Assembly (NCBI RefSeq): GCF_000150275.1
Contig: NW_002060947.1
Coordinates: 7,363,880 to 7,427,879 of the forward strand
DNA: 64,000 nt
Direction: 5' to 3'
From: Trichoplax adhaerens
Lineage: Eukaryota; Animalia; Placozoa
Both the position numbers and the translations under genes were made by a program. Below are positions 1 to 12,760 of this stretch, piece after piece. A model generated the notes under the pieces. The model was not told the origin of the DNA and searched no databases. It was given only the letters and a program-made list of their open reading frames with translations. The stretch's first letter is position 1. Every line of letters starts with the position of its first letter.

Positions 1-158
1 TGCTTGATTTAATTGTTTTATTTATTTATACTCGGCCCCTGATAGGTCTCACTGTCAGATCTGAGGCCATTGCTTTGCTGTCCTGATTGAGTAAGGTCAT
101 TTAATCTAACAATTTTAAAATAAATACATGAAAGAGCTGAAAGGGGGTAGTATCTATC

Positions 159-665
159 TTACAATTTCATCTGGCAATTGTACCATGGTAGTTTACCATG
201 GACTACAGACGACAAACCAAGGTACTGAAATCCTGCTTTCTCGTAAAACGATATCAGGTGGTCATGAGTAATTAAATTAATTATCGAAATCGATGAAATG
301 TTTTCCTTGATGTAAGCTATATAGCGTTTAAGCAACATGGACGCGATACCTTTTCGCCGAAAGTTGCCAGTAACACATACGGAATGAATACATAAAGTTT
401 TCCCATCGGCTACATGTTCGTGTATAGATTGAGCTGTTAATAATTCATCATTGCATCGTGTGCCACAAATAAACGCGATAATGTTGCCATGGACTTCGTA
501 TCCTAGAAATAATTCACTTGCTACCTCAAATCGATTCATTAGTTGTTCAGGACTTGCAGCTTCATCTGATGGAAAGCATTCTTGCTCTATTTGACAAACA
601 GCTTCCATGTTTGCTTGCGTTATTGGTCCTACGATGCCATTGAATTCACGTTGTAGAGACTCCAT
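159..665 (-). CDS. GNAT N-acetyltransferase, non-vertebrate AANAT / yeast PAA1-like (copy 1, intact, intronless)
   Basis: 168-aa ORF with AVCQIEQECFP..EAAS, LCIHSVCV, acetyl-CoA motif A FRRKGIASMLL and motif B LISFYEKAGF. Confidence 0.9.
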   Translation of the reverse strand: MESLQREFNGIVGPITQANMEAVCQIEQECFPSDEAASPEQLMNRFEVASELFLGYEVHGNIIAFICGTRCNDELLTAQSIHEHVADGKTLCIHSVCVTGNFRRKGIASMLLKRYIAYIKENISSISIINLITHDHLISFYEKAGFQYLGLSSVVHGKLPWYNCQMKL

Positions 666-3023
666 ATTTCATAGCTAGAAGAAATAATGATGACGTGCCA
701 TTAAGAATTAAAAATTGATGCTTAACTGTTACAGATAAGTCGTGTGGCGAAAGTAATTATGATATGATATCTATTGCTATTGATACAGCAGCTGATTTCA
801 TCGATATAATAGTAAAAGAATGAATGGAGGTATTCAGATATTAGAATTAAGGATAAAAGACTGACTTGAGAAGATACATTTGCTGCTGCTTTTATTAGCT
901 AGATCGCAATTATGAGCAATTCTTTGCTGGTTATAGATGTCAGATCTGATTAATTCCATCTACTGTTTACTCTAAATTATTCGATGATTAAATTTATCCA
1001 GTATAGAGAGTTTAAGGAAGGCCCTGTATAACTCTTATAAGAGCTCAAGGCCAACATGCACCAGTTCACTAATAAACGCATGCTCTAGTAAGTAATTTTG
1101 ATCTAATTTTTAATAAATCTATATTACTAAATATGAAATAAATAAATTACTATAGATGACGGTAGTCTAAGTCTAGAGGCCTTCTACTGCATTAAGCCAT
1201 TAAGAATGCATTCCTTATTTATAGATTAAAGCACTAGAAGTAGTACATAAATTAAAACTCGTACTAGTAAAGTTGATGTCTAGCCTCAAAGCCATACAAC
1301 ATGTAACATCGCAATCAAAGGATTGACAATTATACAGTATGTAATTCGTGTTTTAAGCCTAGATAGCACTTAGGGTCGAGATTCAGCTATTTCCGAGTTT
1401 TCTGGCTTTTACAATTCGTAGCGTAAGTTTGGGTTGAATTTAGAGATTATTAATTAGTAATAAGAACACATTTACAGATATCCACACTTCTACAACTCTA
1501 CAATCAATTTATATTAGAATTGTCGACGGTGAACGTATAAAAGTCACCGTCTTTTCAAATGTAGTGAGCATTCACATCGAGTGTGGTATTTTTAATTCTA
1601 ACTCTACCTACGTATATACACCACAGTTGCGAGGCTTCTCGTAAATATCTCCTACGCTAGTTAGAAGAGCTACTTATCGTCAATTCAGTTGCTGCTATGC
1701 CACTCAAGTTTATTTCTTCACCACAGTTCCTGAGATACTTCAAACTCTCCTTAAATTACCGTATCCTTGCGATTAACTATCAGTCAAATTATCAGTACTT
1801 TCCTATATAATGTTAAGCAACTACTATCACTTAATAATTTCAAGTCCAAATCTAATTTTGCAATCGACTCAATATCCGGTGTTGAGTAATCTCTCGTCCT
1901 TGCTTCTATTTTGCTGGATAGGAAATCGAGTAAATGGTTTATGATCAAGCATGCGCAACTTTATTAGCTACAACAGGATTTGAATAATTCATAAGCCGGC
2001 TTGTCCAAAATAACTAATTAATTTATGCAATAGTTCTGCTTTGAATATACCAAATGTCATGATAATTTCTATCTAAATTGATCAGTCAAATGCAGAATTA
2101 TCCTGTATTACTCAACCAAGTCTAGGTTGTATACAGCTGCAGAAAAGCCGATGGTAATAATAGTCTAAACTCTGCAAATGCAGTAGGTTAAATAACGACA
2201 GTTAGATTCCTGCTTGTGGGATAAAAACGAATTTATGTGATGAGAAATCGCGAAGCCGTTCAATAAAATACATGAATATATGGGATCAATTCATTGAGAT
2301 AGTCTCAATGTAAGTTGATCAATCATGCTAACGATTGCCTAAAATCATCGAATACTGTAGTCTAGCCGTGGATATTGCCCGGAGATAAATGCAAACTTAT
2401 GAAATTAAGCTTCTGCCATAAGCTTATCGAACATACGTACAATATAGCTTGCGATCATGGTCAATTTCTTGAAATGACGACTAAATAAAAGCTCTTGTTA
2501 TGCCTCTAAATCTTAAGTTACTACCACTTCCAACCGGTTAGCTTAATCGACACTATCAACGTTAATAGGAGTTAGTGTAATTTGCTAGCCTGGATCTGAG
2601 GAAAGTTGATACCATAAATGTTAATGCAAGCTAGTGGAATTTGCTGGCTTCTGACAATACAACGGTTTGGGTACTGTGAATACAAGGTGAACCATTTGTA
2701 ATTTCGCGAAAATAGGTTTACAAATAACTTTTTAACACCATGCAGCAATTTTATGTTATGTCTTTATTCGAGCACCTTTCCTACTCCATACTCTTTTTAC
2801 ATGTACAACAATAATTGTCTTTTTATCCATATACGGTATATCAAACGTTAGCGTACAGTTACTTTCTATTCGCAATACCTATATGAAACAGCCAATCACA
2901 ATATAGTTCAGAAGAGTTTTAATGCTTAGCTGTCCTGACTGAGTAAGGTCATTCAATCTAACTTTATACTTTGATAATCCTAAAATAATAGAATGCATGA
3001 GCTGAAAGGAGGTAGTATCTATC

Positions 3024-3952
3024 TTACAATTTCATCTGGCAATTGTACCATGGTAGTTTACCATGGACTACAGACGACAAACCAAGACATTGAAATCCTG
3101 CTTTCTCGTAAAACGATATCAGGTGGTCATGAGTAATTAAATTGTAGTGCAGCCCAAATATAGCTTAAGATTATATACAGTATGTGTGAATATCGTGCAT
3201 GACGTAATTACTAGGCTAATTAAGATAGATACACTTGTATAGGTGCTAGATCGTAGAGTGAGATTAAATATGTGAGGATTTGTATTAGTAATTGCAATAC
3301 GGATTGTAAAAGTTATTAGTCATACTGTTTGGCACCTCCAGGTACGCTAGAGGTGTGATGTTAGCCTTATTAAGGTAGATAACGATTTATGTGTCACGAA
3401 GATACTCTGTACACAATTGTATATAAGCAGGAGATTTTATCTCCGAAGACAGAGTAGCCATAGATAATCTAGTCCTTGGTAGAAGACGTAATTATTGTAA
3501 TAAAGTGATTTTCCTTCAAGTTGTGGAAGTCGTTGCGTTTCGATAGACACTTTATTACATAAATTAATTATCGAAATCAATGAAATATTTTCTTTGATGT
3601 AAGCTATATAGCGTTTAAGCAACATGGACGCGATACCTTTTCGCCGAAAGTTACCAGTAACACATACGGAATGAATACATAAAGTTTTCCCATCGGCTAC
3701 ATGCTCGTGCATGGATTGAGCTGTTAATAATTCATCATTGCATCGTGAACCATAAATAAACGCGATAGTTTTGCCATGGACTTCGTATCCTAGAAATAAT
3801 TCACTTGCTACATCAAATCGATCCATTAATTGTTCAGGAGGTTCAGCTTCATCTGATGGAAAGCATTCTTGCTCTATTTGACAAACAGCTTCCATGTCTG
3901 CTTGCGTTATCGGTCGTACAATGCCATGGAATTCATTTTGTAGAGACTCCAT
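3024..3952 (-). pseudogene. AANAT/PAA1-like GNAT copy 2, interrupted by a solo LTR
   Basis: Near-identical to copy 1 up to ...ISIINL. The remaining C-terminus (ITHDHLISFYEKAGFQCLGLSSVVHGKLPWYNCQMKL*) resumes beyond the insertion and ends at 3024. Span 929 = 507 + 417 insert + 5 TSD. Confidence 0.88.
3143..3559 (+). mobile_element. Solo LTR of an LTR retrotransposon (417 bp)
   Basis: Begins TGTAGT and ends ATTACA (TG...CA with short inverted ends). Flanked by direct repeat TAAAT (3138-3142, 3560-3564), which is single in the uninterrupted paralog. Internal TATATAAG at 3420 and AATAAA at 3499. Confidence 0.85.
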
Positions 3953-6900
3953 ATTTCATAACTAGAAGAAAATGATGAAGACATGAAGAGTTATAATGTC
4001 TTCCCACCATTAAACTCCGATTTCTGTGGTGTGTAAAATTATGATACGATATCTATTTCCATTAATACAGCAGTTGATTTCATCGATGCAATAGTAAAAA
4101 GAATGAGCGGAGATATTTAGACATTTGAATTAAGGATGGAAGACTGATGTGAGACGATATATTTGCTGCTGCTTTTATTAGCTAGGTTGCAGTTATCAGT
4201 AATTCTCCGCTAGTTGTAGATGTCAGATTGGATTTGTTTCCATCTATAGTTGACTATAAAGTATTAAATTTATACTGTATAGTACAGAGGTTTGAAGAAA
4301 GCCCAGTAAAGGAACTCATTGCTAACACGCTAGAATTTACTCATACACTCTCGTAAGTAATTTTGCTTTAAATTTTAATAAATCTATGTGACTAAATGTA
4401 AAAGAAATTGCTATCGATGGTGGTAACCTGAGTCTACAGGTCTTCTACTGTCAAGAAACCGTTAAATATTGTATTCTTTAGCCATAGATTACAGCTGTAG
4501 AAACACAAATTGGAACTCGTATTAATAAGGTTAATATTCAGACTCAAACCCATACAGCATGAAACATCGCAATCAAAGAATTGACAGTTATAACTAATAT
4601 TTATAGGCATGAAGATTATGTGTTTACTGCTACATATTACAGTGTGTTACATTTTGATCGTGTAATAATAAGTTAATACGTACATTTAAGCCATTTAGGC
4701 TATTCGTCTACAGTGTTTATGATATAGTTGTGATATATTAATACTGTATTTGTTAAATATAGTATGTTACGAATATGCAATGATTTCTTCTTACAGAACG
4801 TTGTTACCGATCTTATTTGGTTATGGCTACGATGAATATGATAGCTTCTACACTCTACAATCTGTTTTGTACTTAAAAAGTTACGTTGTATACGTATGGA
4901 ATTAATTACTATGTTTAATTACAATCTACACTTCTATATGTTATTGTGGATATTGCAATATGCAATATTTTACACTTGAAGTGCAGACAGCGCACGTCTA
5001 AAAGCCGCCATATTTTCAATCAATAAATCTATTAGTGGTAGTAATTACAATTTACAGAGCTTTGCGTATTCTCAGTTCTTTGCGTCAGTGACTAATCTAG
5101 AGTAACCCGAATCTTACATGTGGTTGATTGTATCAGCTCAAGTTAGTTCACTCACAACGTTGACTACTAAAGGAGATGATGATTAAATATCATAAAAACG
5201 ATAATGGCTACTTACATTGAGGCTAGGATCGAGGATATACATTGACACAAAATGATTTGAAATCGAGATGTAAGCATCTGAAATTGTTGCATGTTACACT
5301 TAGTCGCAATAGCTAGCTAATGTTGAAGGCCGGAGTTAGCGATGTGATGGGATAACAGTACTAACCATCAATGCCAGAAATGACTTATTGTCACGAATAG
5401 GCAGGAATGATTTTACTAAAGTTAGCATCGAGGATGATAAAAAATTCTAGAAAGTACTTAGGCTGGAGATTGAGACATTTCCGAGCTTTCTTGATTTTAC
5501 AATTTGTATAGGTTTGAGTGGGGATTATTATATACTCATTACAGATGTTTACACTTCTACAACTCTACCGTATAATCAGTCTATGTTAGAATTATAGACG
5601 ATAAAAGTATAAAAGCCCTTTTTTTGTCAAATAGTAGTAAGCATTCAGATCTAGTGTTGTGTTTTAAACTCTAACTCTCCCATATGCATATATACGTACG
5701 CCATTACTATCTCCTACGCCAGCTAGAAGTGGTACTAACCGCCAATTCAGTTGCTGCAACTCAAATTTATTTCTTCACTACAATTCCCGATTGTGCTCTA
5801 GCTCCTGAGATACTTCAAACTTTCCTTAAAATGTTACTTCTTTGCGATCAACTATCAGCCTTATATGTTAGTAAAATCTGTAACGCTTTTCGATACAGCT
5901 TCTTTCGCAATGGTATTGTTGGATCGATATCATAAGAAATGCGCTATTTAATTACTTTATTGAAATACTGGTGATGAACTGGTCACTAACATAAAATCAG
6001 CATTTTCCTATATAGCGTAAAGCGATTGCTATCAGTACTTTCAAGTTCGAATCCCATCGCGCAATAAAGACTATCCGATGTTTCTTAATCTCTGTTTCCC
6101 TACAGTTATTTTGCGTGATTACCTCGATACTGTACTAAAACGCATCAATCATTGGTAATGAAATATGCACGACGTTTTAGCTGCAGTGGATTTGAATTAT
6201 TCATGAATAGGCTGGCCTAATTAATACTAATTAATTCAATGGTTTTGCTTTAAGTATACAAAATGTCGGGATAGTCTCCATATAAATTGATCAGCCGTGT
6301 ACAGAATTATCCTTTACTATACTCAATTAAACCTATGCTGTATACAGCTGCTGGAAAGCCGGTCGTGATATTATCTAAATTCTCTAAATCGGCTGGATAA
6401 ATAACGACAGTTAGGTTGTGTCTGCAAGATAAGAACAAATTCTAGAGATTTACTGTTAATACGTACATCAATCGAGCACAAAATTATCCTTTAACTCATT
6501 GATACTTATAGACTGCTATAAGAATGTCAATGCTAGTAAGAGCCTAAGTCAGTGAATGCAGTAATTTAAACAAGGATAACTATGGACAATATCTGTGGGT
6601 TAAATACAGACTACGAAAATTGATTACAAACTGCTTATAAAATATATGAAAAATTGGGATTACCTCAATGTAAATTGATCAATCGGGAATGTCGATGCTA
6701 ACGGTAATCTAAACTCTGCAAATGCTATAATCCAGACGTGGATAATTAGGTCGTTTGTCTATGTGATAAATGCGAACTAATAAACATGAGCTTCTTCCCT
6801 AAACTTATCGAACACACAGTAGCATGAGATAATGACCGATTCCTTTAAATTAAAAGTATTTCTAAATAGGAGCTCTTGTTATGTAGCTAAATCTAATGCT

Positions 6901-7680
6901 ACTACCACTTCCAATAGATTGTTGGTTTAGTAAATTGACGAAATTTTATCACTCCGTTACTAATAGACCCTTGCAGTAAGACCCAAGATCGGTCACTGTC
7001 ACCGACGAGTTGTCAAAATTTAGGTATAATTTATTGAGTTGTTAATCTATACAGAATCAATCCAATTATTAGCTTAGTGGAACCACAGGTATTGCCAGGC
7101 AAGTTATACTAAGCTTATAACGAGGAAAATTAAATCACTTCTTGTAGCTTAATATTATCAACCTTTTATCAGGCTTGTCCTCTTCTACTTCTATCTACAG
7201 TACGACTTTAAATACTGATATTCTCTCATCTTTAGGTTATAGTAAACCAATAGTCACTGTTAGACAAAACTGAAACCAAATTGATTAAAAAAAATTAGTC
7301 AATTTATAGTGAATCTAGATAAACATAGAATATCAGCTCATAGATAATATTATAAAATTACGCTTTTATCTATTAAAATGATGTAAGATGTCATAGATAC
7401 ATTAATGAATCATCAATATATTCCTAGGTAAAGTTATCTCATGATAATTATGCTACAACCGCTAGCCTCAAAGGTTATTCTGAAACAACTAGAAATAAAC
7501 TTAATAAAGAGTACAGTTAGTCATTCTATAGGCTTACAATAATTTCGATTCTAACCGTATTCAATGTTTTCTATATCAAGAACTTTTTGACTTTTGATGT
7601 TTTAAATTAGTAACTGTATAAAGTATACATTTATCAATCTAGGAAAGGCAAAGATAATTTGGGAAGATGTAACAGCAATA

Positions 7681-8196
7681 TTATAAGATCATCTGGCAAT
7701 TGTACCATGAAAATTTGCCTTGGACTACGGAGGATAAACCAAGGCATTGAAATCCTGCTTTCTCATAAAATGGTATTAAATAATCGTGAGCAATCAGATT
7801 GATCACCGATATCGATGGAATAGCTTGCTTAATGTATTCTATATAATGTTTGAGCAATATAGAGGCGATACCCTGTCGTCGGAAATTGCTCGTAACACAT
7901 AAAGCATGAATGCATAATGTTTTACCATTTGCTGCATGCTCATACATGGACTGAAAAGTTAATAAATTATCGTTGCTTCGCGTACCACAAATGAAAGCAA
8001 CGATTTTGCCATTGATTTCGTATCCTAGAAATAAATCACTTGCCACATTAAATCGATCCATAAGTTGTGCTGGGGTAGCAGCCTCCTCTATAGGAAAGCA
8101 TTCTAATTCTATTTGGCATATAGTTTCCATATCTGCTTGGATTATCGGTCGTAAGATGCCGTTGATACCATCTTGTATCGATTCCATGTTTGACAT
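7681..8196 (-). CDS. AANAT/PAA1-like GNAT acetyltransferase (copy 3, more divergent, intact)
   Basis: 171-aa ORF with LCIHALCV, FRRQGIASILL and LIPFYEKAGF; aligns end-to-end with copy 1. Confidence 0.9.
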   Translation of the reverse strand: MSNMESIQDGINGILRPIIQADMETICQIELECFPIEEAATPAQLMDRFNVASDLFLGYEINGKIVAFICGTRSNDNLLTFQSMYEHAANGKTLCIHALCVTSNFRRQGIASILLKHYIEYIKQAIPSISVINLIAHDYLIPFYEKAGFQCLGLSSVVQGKFSWYNCQMIL

Positions 8197-8739
8197 TAAT
8201 ATTAATGTTATTCTTAAATCAGTTTCACGAATGCCACGATTATTGCAATTCTACTATTTGTTAATAAAATTTAAGGATCAGAAAAGAGTTTAAAACATAC
8301 ATAACCTCGAATTAAAATAGCAAAGATTTAAAATCGTTTAAAAGTGATTCGTTCAGGCAATCGTTATCAGATGAGACTACTCATTATCACAATGTATATC
8401 AAATTTGTATGAAATATAGTGGCAGTGCCTAAGTTAATTTCTTAATATAATGCAAATACTTAGTAATGCTCTTTCTCTTTCTGGAATTCGCTTTTAATTT
8501 TTCAGCGTCCAAGCTATGAATTATCTACATACTGATATCGAGTACTGAAAAAGATGCAATATTGTCATCTAAAGAGATCGTCATATTTTAATTTAAATCT
8601 ACTCTGCTACTATCTAAAATTGTATTAAGCTACTAGCTAAATCAATTTAAATTATTCTTTGTATAATCTTAAACTTCTCTACACTAATCATGTAGACGAA
8701 TAATGCAAACACATAACAAAAATATAGTAATGCTGAAAT

Positions 8740-9330
8740 ATGTAGATCAGCAGGCATTCATGAGAATGCAAACCCTACCCTGAAACACTGTTTCTTAGTA
8801 GCAAAGTACAGATATTCTCCTATGGAAAGTTGCTGCCCTAAAAATTTTAACCTTAATCTTAGCAATGTAATAATATCTCACGACTCTTTCTAATTATTCC
8901 AATAATTACTTCAAATCACAAAGTAAAAGACAGAAAATGCTACTAATCAAGCATGCACAATTTTGGCTACTAGCAGAGTCGACTTAAACCATTTCGCATA
9001 TAATCTAAGCATCTCTACGTTTATTATGCTCTTAATTAATGCAACTACATTAGTAAAAATATATCAATGCTGTAATATACAGACCAGCATACTATACATA
9101 AATGAGAATGCAAATCTTACCTGGAAATGCTGCTTCTTTGTGGAAAAGTACAACTACTCCCTTACGGAAAGCTATTTCTCTGTAAATTTCAATCTCAATC
9201 GTAGTAATCCAAGAAGATCTCGCAACTACTTCTAATTATTATTCTAATTATCACCACCCAATGGCAAAGGTCAAAAGTAGAATAAGTCATGAGTCAAGCA
9301 TGCGCAAGTTTACTACCAACAGATTTCAAT
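8740..9330. repeat. Diverged ~340-bp tandem duplication upstream of GNAT copy 3
   Basis: TGAGAATGCAAA...AAAGTACA...GGAAAG...TTCTAATTATT...TCAAGCATGC occurs at ~8761-8960 and again at ~9103-9310. Confidence 0.7.
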
Positions 9331-9731
9331 TAAATAAATTGCTTTGATGGAAATTTACGTCATAAATTATAGGATCAAGATTGTTTCGATTCATCTAATA
9401 GTAATATAAGCAATCAAGTTTTGAATGGTAGCTTGCAGTATATAGAGGCTGTCTTATTATTTTTTAGTCCAGTTCTGTTTCTAACAACGTTTCATAAACT
9501 ATAGCGCTAACGGCTTGAATGTTGCTTTTTATTCGATATACAGTCGTGATTATGATAACTGTCGCCAGTCATTATCTAGTACTTTGATCTAGTGCAGATG
9601 TGCCTTTGATTTATTGCCGAATTTTTCAATTTTCCTTAGCATGGCATAAGGCTGTCCTTGTTGGGATGAGATTAGTCCTAAGGAGTGAGTTTATTTTCCC
9701 AATTGTTGAGAGTTATCTTAGAAAGAAGCCA

Positions 9732-10800
9732 ATGGATCACATGCGTATTCAGGAAATCAATTCTCTGCGTGAAAATAGACATCATCTATTTAATAATAGA
9801 GATTATCTGCAACCTAGAAGTAGCTATCTCCAAGCGTCAGATAAAACTCATCGGTTGACAAGCAATGATATTGCTGGAGATTAACTACAATGTGATACTT
9901 ATCTAAATATTTCTATGATCTATTAGAAACAACATGAATTAGCATCTGCTCAACAAAACTGTGATCGATCAGGAACGCTAGCAAGAAAGATCATGGATCA
10001 AGTTCGACTTGCTCGATATTTCCATCATCAATGGGACATACAAGCAATGAAATAGGCTTATGATGATGCATTAGATGATTATAAGCAATCATTAGCTTTG
10101 AAATTAAAATTGCCAGGAGAGAACCATGTCGATGTAGCTGAAGCTTATCATAGTATGGGAGAAGCTTATTTTCGCCAATCGAAATTAGATGATGCTTTAA
10201 TTTTATATCAGAAAAGCTTAGATATTAAAATTAATATATCTGGTGATAATAATTTGAATGTTGCTCGATCCGACAATAGCATTGGCAGTGTTACAGAGAT
10301 CTTAAGCTCGATGCTGCTCTATCCATGTATCAAAAGTGTCTCCCTATTGAGCTAAAATTGTTAGGGGATTGCAATTTACACGTTACAATATCTTACAACA
10401 ACATTGGTAGTGTTTATCAAAATCTATCGAATTATCATCAAGCTCCATCCATGTATCAAAAATGTCTAAACATAGATTTGGAAATACTAGGCGATGATGA
10501 TCTAAAAGTGACTTTATCTTATAATAATATCGGAGCTATATATACAATCTTCAAGGCAAGAATAATGATGCACTATCCATATACAAGAAATCTCTTGATA
10601 TTAAACTGCAAATTCTAGGCAATAACAACTTAGATGTTGCTCGAACTTATAATAACATGAGTATTGCTTATGAAAATCAATTTATATATGATGAAGCAAT
10701 TACTACGTATCAAAGGCCCTTTCTATTCAACAGAAAGCATTTGGGGGGTCGAAGTTTACATGTTGGTACATATGTTGCTACATATAAGAAGAATATCTGC
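9732..10800 (+). pseudogene. TPR-repeat region (42-aa kinesin-light-chain/NPHP3-type TPRs), disrupted
   Basis: Repeats such as DVAEAYHSMGEAYFRQSKLDDALILYQKSLDIK and HVTISYNNIGSVYQNLSNYHQA.SMYQKCL. In-frame stops at 9882, ~9924 and ~10053, and frameshifts between ORFs 10098, 10325 and 10657. Confidence 0.85.
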
Positions 10801-11039
10801 TGTTCAGGTATTATTTTTAATTCCAACCCTAATGATACAAGTCGTAAGTCTTTACTACAGTGACGTCAATGTTGTAAGAAATTGCATAAAATTATTAAAC
10901 AGTTTACCAGTAATTTACCATTTATGCAACGGTCTATTCCTACACCTTGGTATATTATGGCATCCTTGCTATACACATCCGTTAATAATATCAACAGATA
11001 GAATATTTCTGATGAATTTAAAGATATATTAAAAAAAAA

Positions 11040-12045
11040 ATTGCAACATTATGCGATATGAAGATATTAAAAAATTAGCTAAGGATTTCGGATTTTTGGA
11101 AAATGATAAAGTTACGCAGTATTCTTACGTATCTGCATGACACTGGTGATATCGTATTTTGTCAGAAAGAAGGCATCAATAGAATGATTGTAACCAATAT
11201 AGACTGATTGCTGCAAATATTTCGTAGTATCATTAAATTAGATCGGCATCAGTTTAAAATTGCAGAAGCGAGAGAAAGTTATAATTTAGCTCGTCGGACA
11301 GGTATTATGTCTGAAACTTGTCTTGATTATGCTATCACAGAATTTAAATTAAATCAGATAGAAAAAGAATTTGTACTACAATTGATGGAAAGTTACAATA
11401 TTATCAGTAAGATTGATGACGAACATGAAGATGATGAGGCAACAGCTCTAAATCGTCTATATTTTATACCTTATTTACTTAATTCATATGCTGATGAACT
11501 CGATTTAAGTGGTTATAGCGTATCCGATTGTTTATATATTGGCTATAATAAATGCTTCGTTCCTTATATACCGAATGGAATATTTTATTGCCTGCTATCA
11601 GCGTGTCTAAAAATGTGGAATAATCGCCGTGTAAAGTTATATTACCAATGTGCTAAATTTTTCCCATTGGACGATTATTATTATGCCATCGTTAGGAAAG
11701 AAAAATCTTATATTAGCCTACAGTACTGCTATCAGGAGATAAACGATGTCGAAATTTTGAAATTGATCAGTCAGAAAGTCGAGATATCAATTCATCAAAA
11801 GCGTCCATATAATACTATCAAAGAGAAATTTTATAAAATTATGAATGAGAGAATGCCTAAGTATGCAAATTTACCGTGCCAGTTCTCTATGTTCGATGTA
11901 GCGAATGCCATCAAATGACAAATCTTAATTATCGATATCATGAAGATCGGAATATATTTCGTTGCTGTTAAGATAATTGCAATAAATTTTTCAAAAGTCA
12001 GTCGATTATTGATTGGATGCTTTATAAAAGAAAAAAAACTAACAG
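11040..12045 (+). pseudogene. COR (C-terminal of Roc) domain region of a Roco-type protein, disrupted
   Basis: LRSILTYLHDTGDIVF...IVTNID*LLQIFRSII matches the COR signature (L.YLHD.G.I.F...QWL...F..II), with TGA at 11205 in place of the Trp. Later YFIPYLL and PNGIFYCLLS; frameshifts near 11110 and 11885. Confidence 0.72.
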
Positions 12046-12412
12046 GTACGGATAGGATAATGCTATAGTATATTTAATTATCGTAAGATGCTTGTCGATA
12101 AACATATACTATAAAAATGGCAACTAGTTGCTTTCTGTAGAGCATCACTATTTATCAGACTGATTTTACTATGTATAAACACTCGACCTCATTAATGTAA
12201 AATATGAGTATAGCTAATTAATAAAAGTTTAATGCTACAACATATTATACCATATGTATTGGTAACGATGTACATTTTCTCCGATAGTGTGAGCAATGAA
12301 TATCTACCAATATCGTGATTATTAGTCTAACCAATCTTATGAAAAGGGTAACTTACTAACATTTTAGTCGTAACTGAAAAATAATCGGTTGTACTGTATT
12401 TAAAACTATATA

Positions 12413-12760
12413 GGGACGCAAAACAAATTCCAACCTAGTTCAAATGGAATGGAATTTATAAACGCGGTGATGGAAAGAAATTATAAGACAATAATAAATG
12501 ATTTGCCGTTAAAATCGTTAATCTACGACTTTAGAGGAATTAATTCTTAAATGATGACGATGTCGACTTATTAAATTTAATTTAATTAATCATCATAAGA
12601 AACGTAATCATGAACTTATCATCATCTTATAGCGAAAAGGAATAGATTCATTCTTAAAATTTTGCAATACTTTAAAGGAAAATGAACTGCGTTGTTTACA
12701 AAACCTTGGGAAGCAACTAAAAATGGATATAGCCAATCTCGGTACGACCATAATTCCTTA
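12413..12760 (+). pseudogene. CARD-like death-fold exon, disrupted
   Basis: MERNYKTIINDLPLKSLI...LNDDDVDLL...RNHELIIIL*RKGIDSFLKFCNTLKE...LQNLGKQL. The L.RKG..F..F...L pattern is typical of CARDs; contains a stop and frameshifts. Confidence 0.6.

Larger units (their letters stand above)
72..6915. repeat. Tandem segmental duplication of the GNAT gene plus flanks (units ~72-2550 and ~2923-6915)
   Basis: Collinear non-coding matches: 72-110 with 2923-2962, ~750-1330 with ~4035-4590, ~1370-1800 with ~5460-6010, ~1970-2530 with ~6175-6910. Confidence 0.85.

Noticed and set aside
3437-3559. Apparent novel C-terminus of GNAT copy 2 (CNKVSIETQRLP...)
   Set aside because: Read-through into the inserted LTR; the true C-terminus lies on the other side of the insertion
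6010-6066. tRNA/SINE-like B-box GTTCGAATC (also at ~18542)
   Set aside because: No cloverleaf can be drawn, and the paralogous segment at ~1800-1865 lacks the motif
11205-11207. TGA at a conserved Trp as possible recoding or alternative genetic code
   Set aside because: The same locus has TAA/TAG stops and frameshifts, so it is ordinary pseudogene decay
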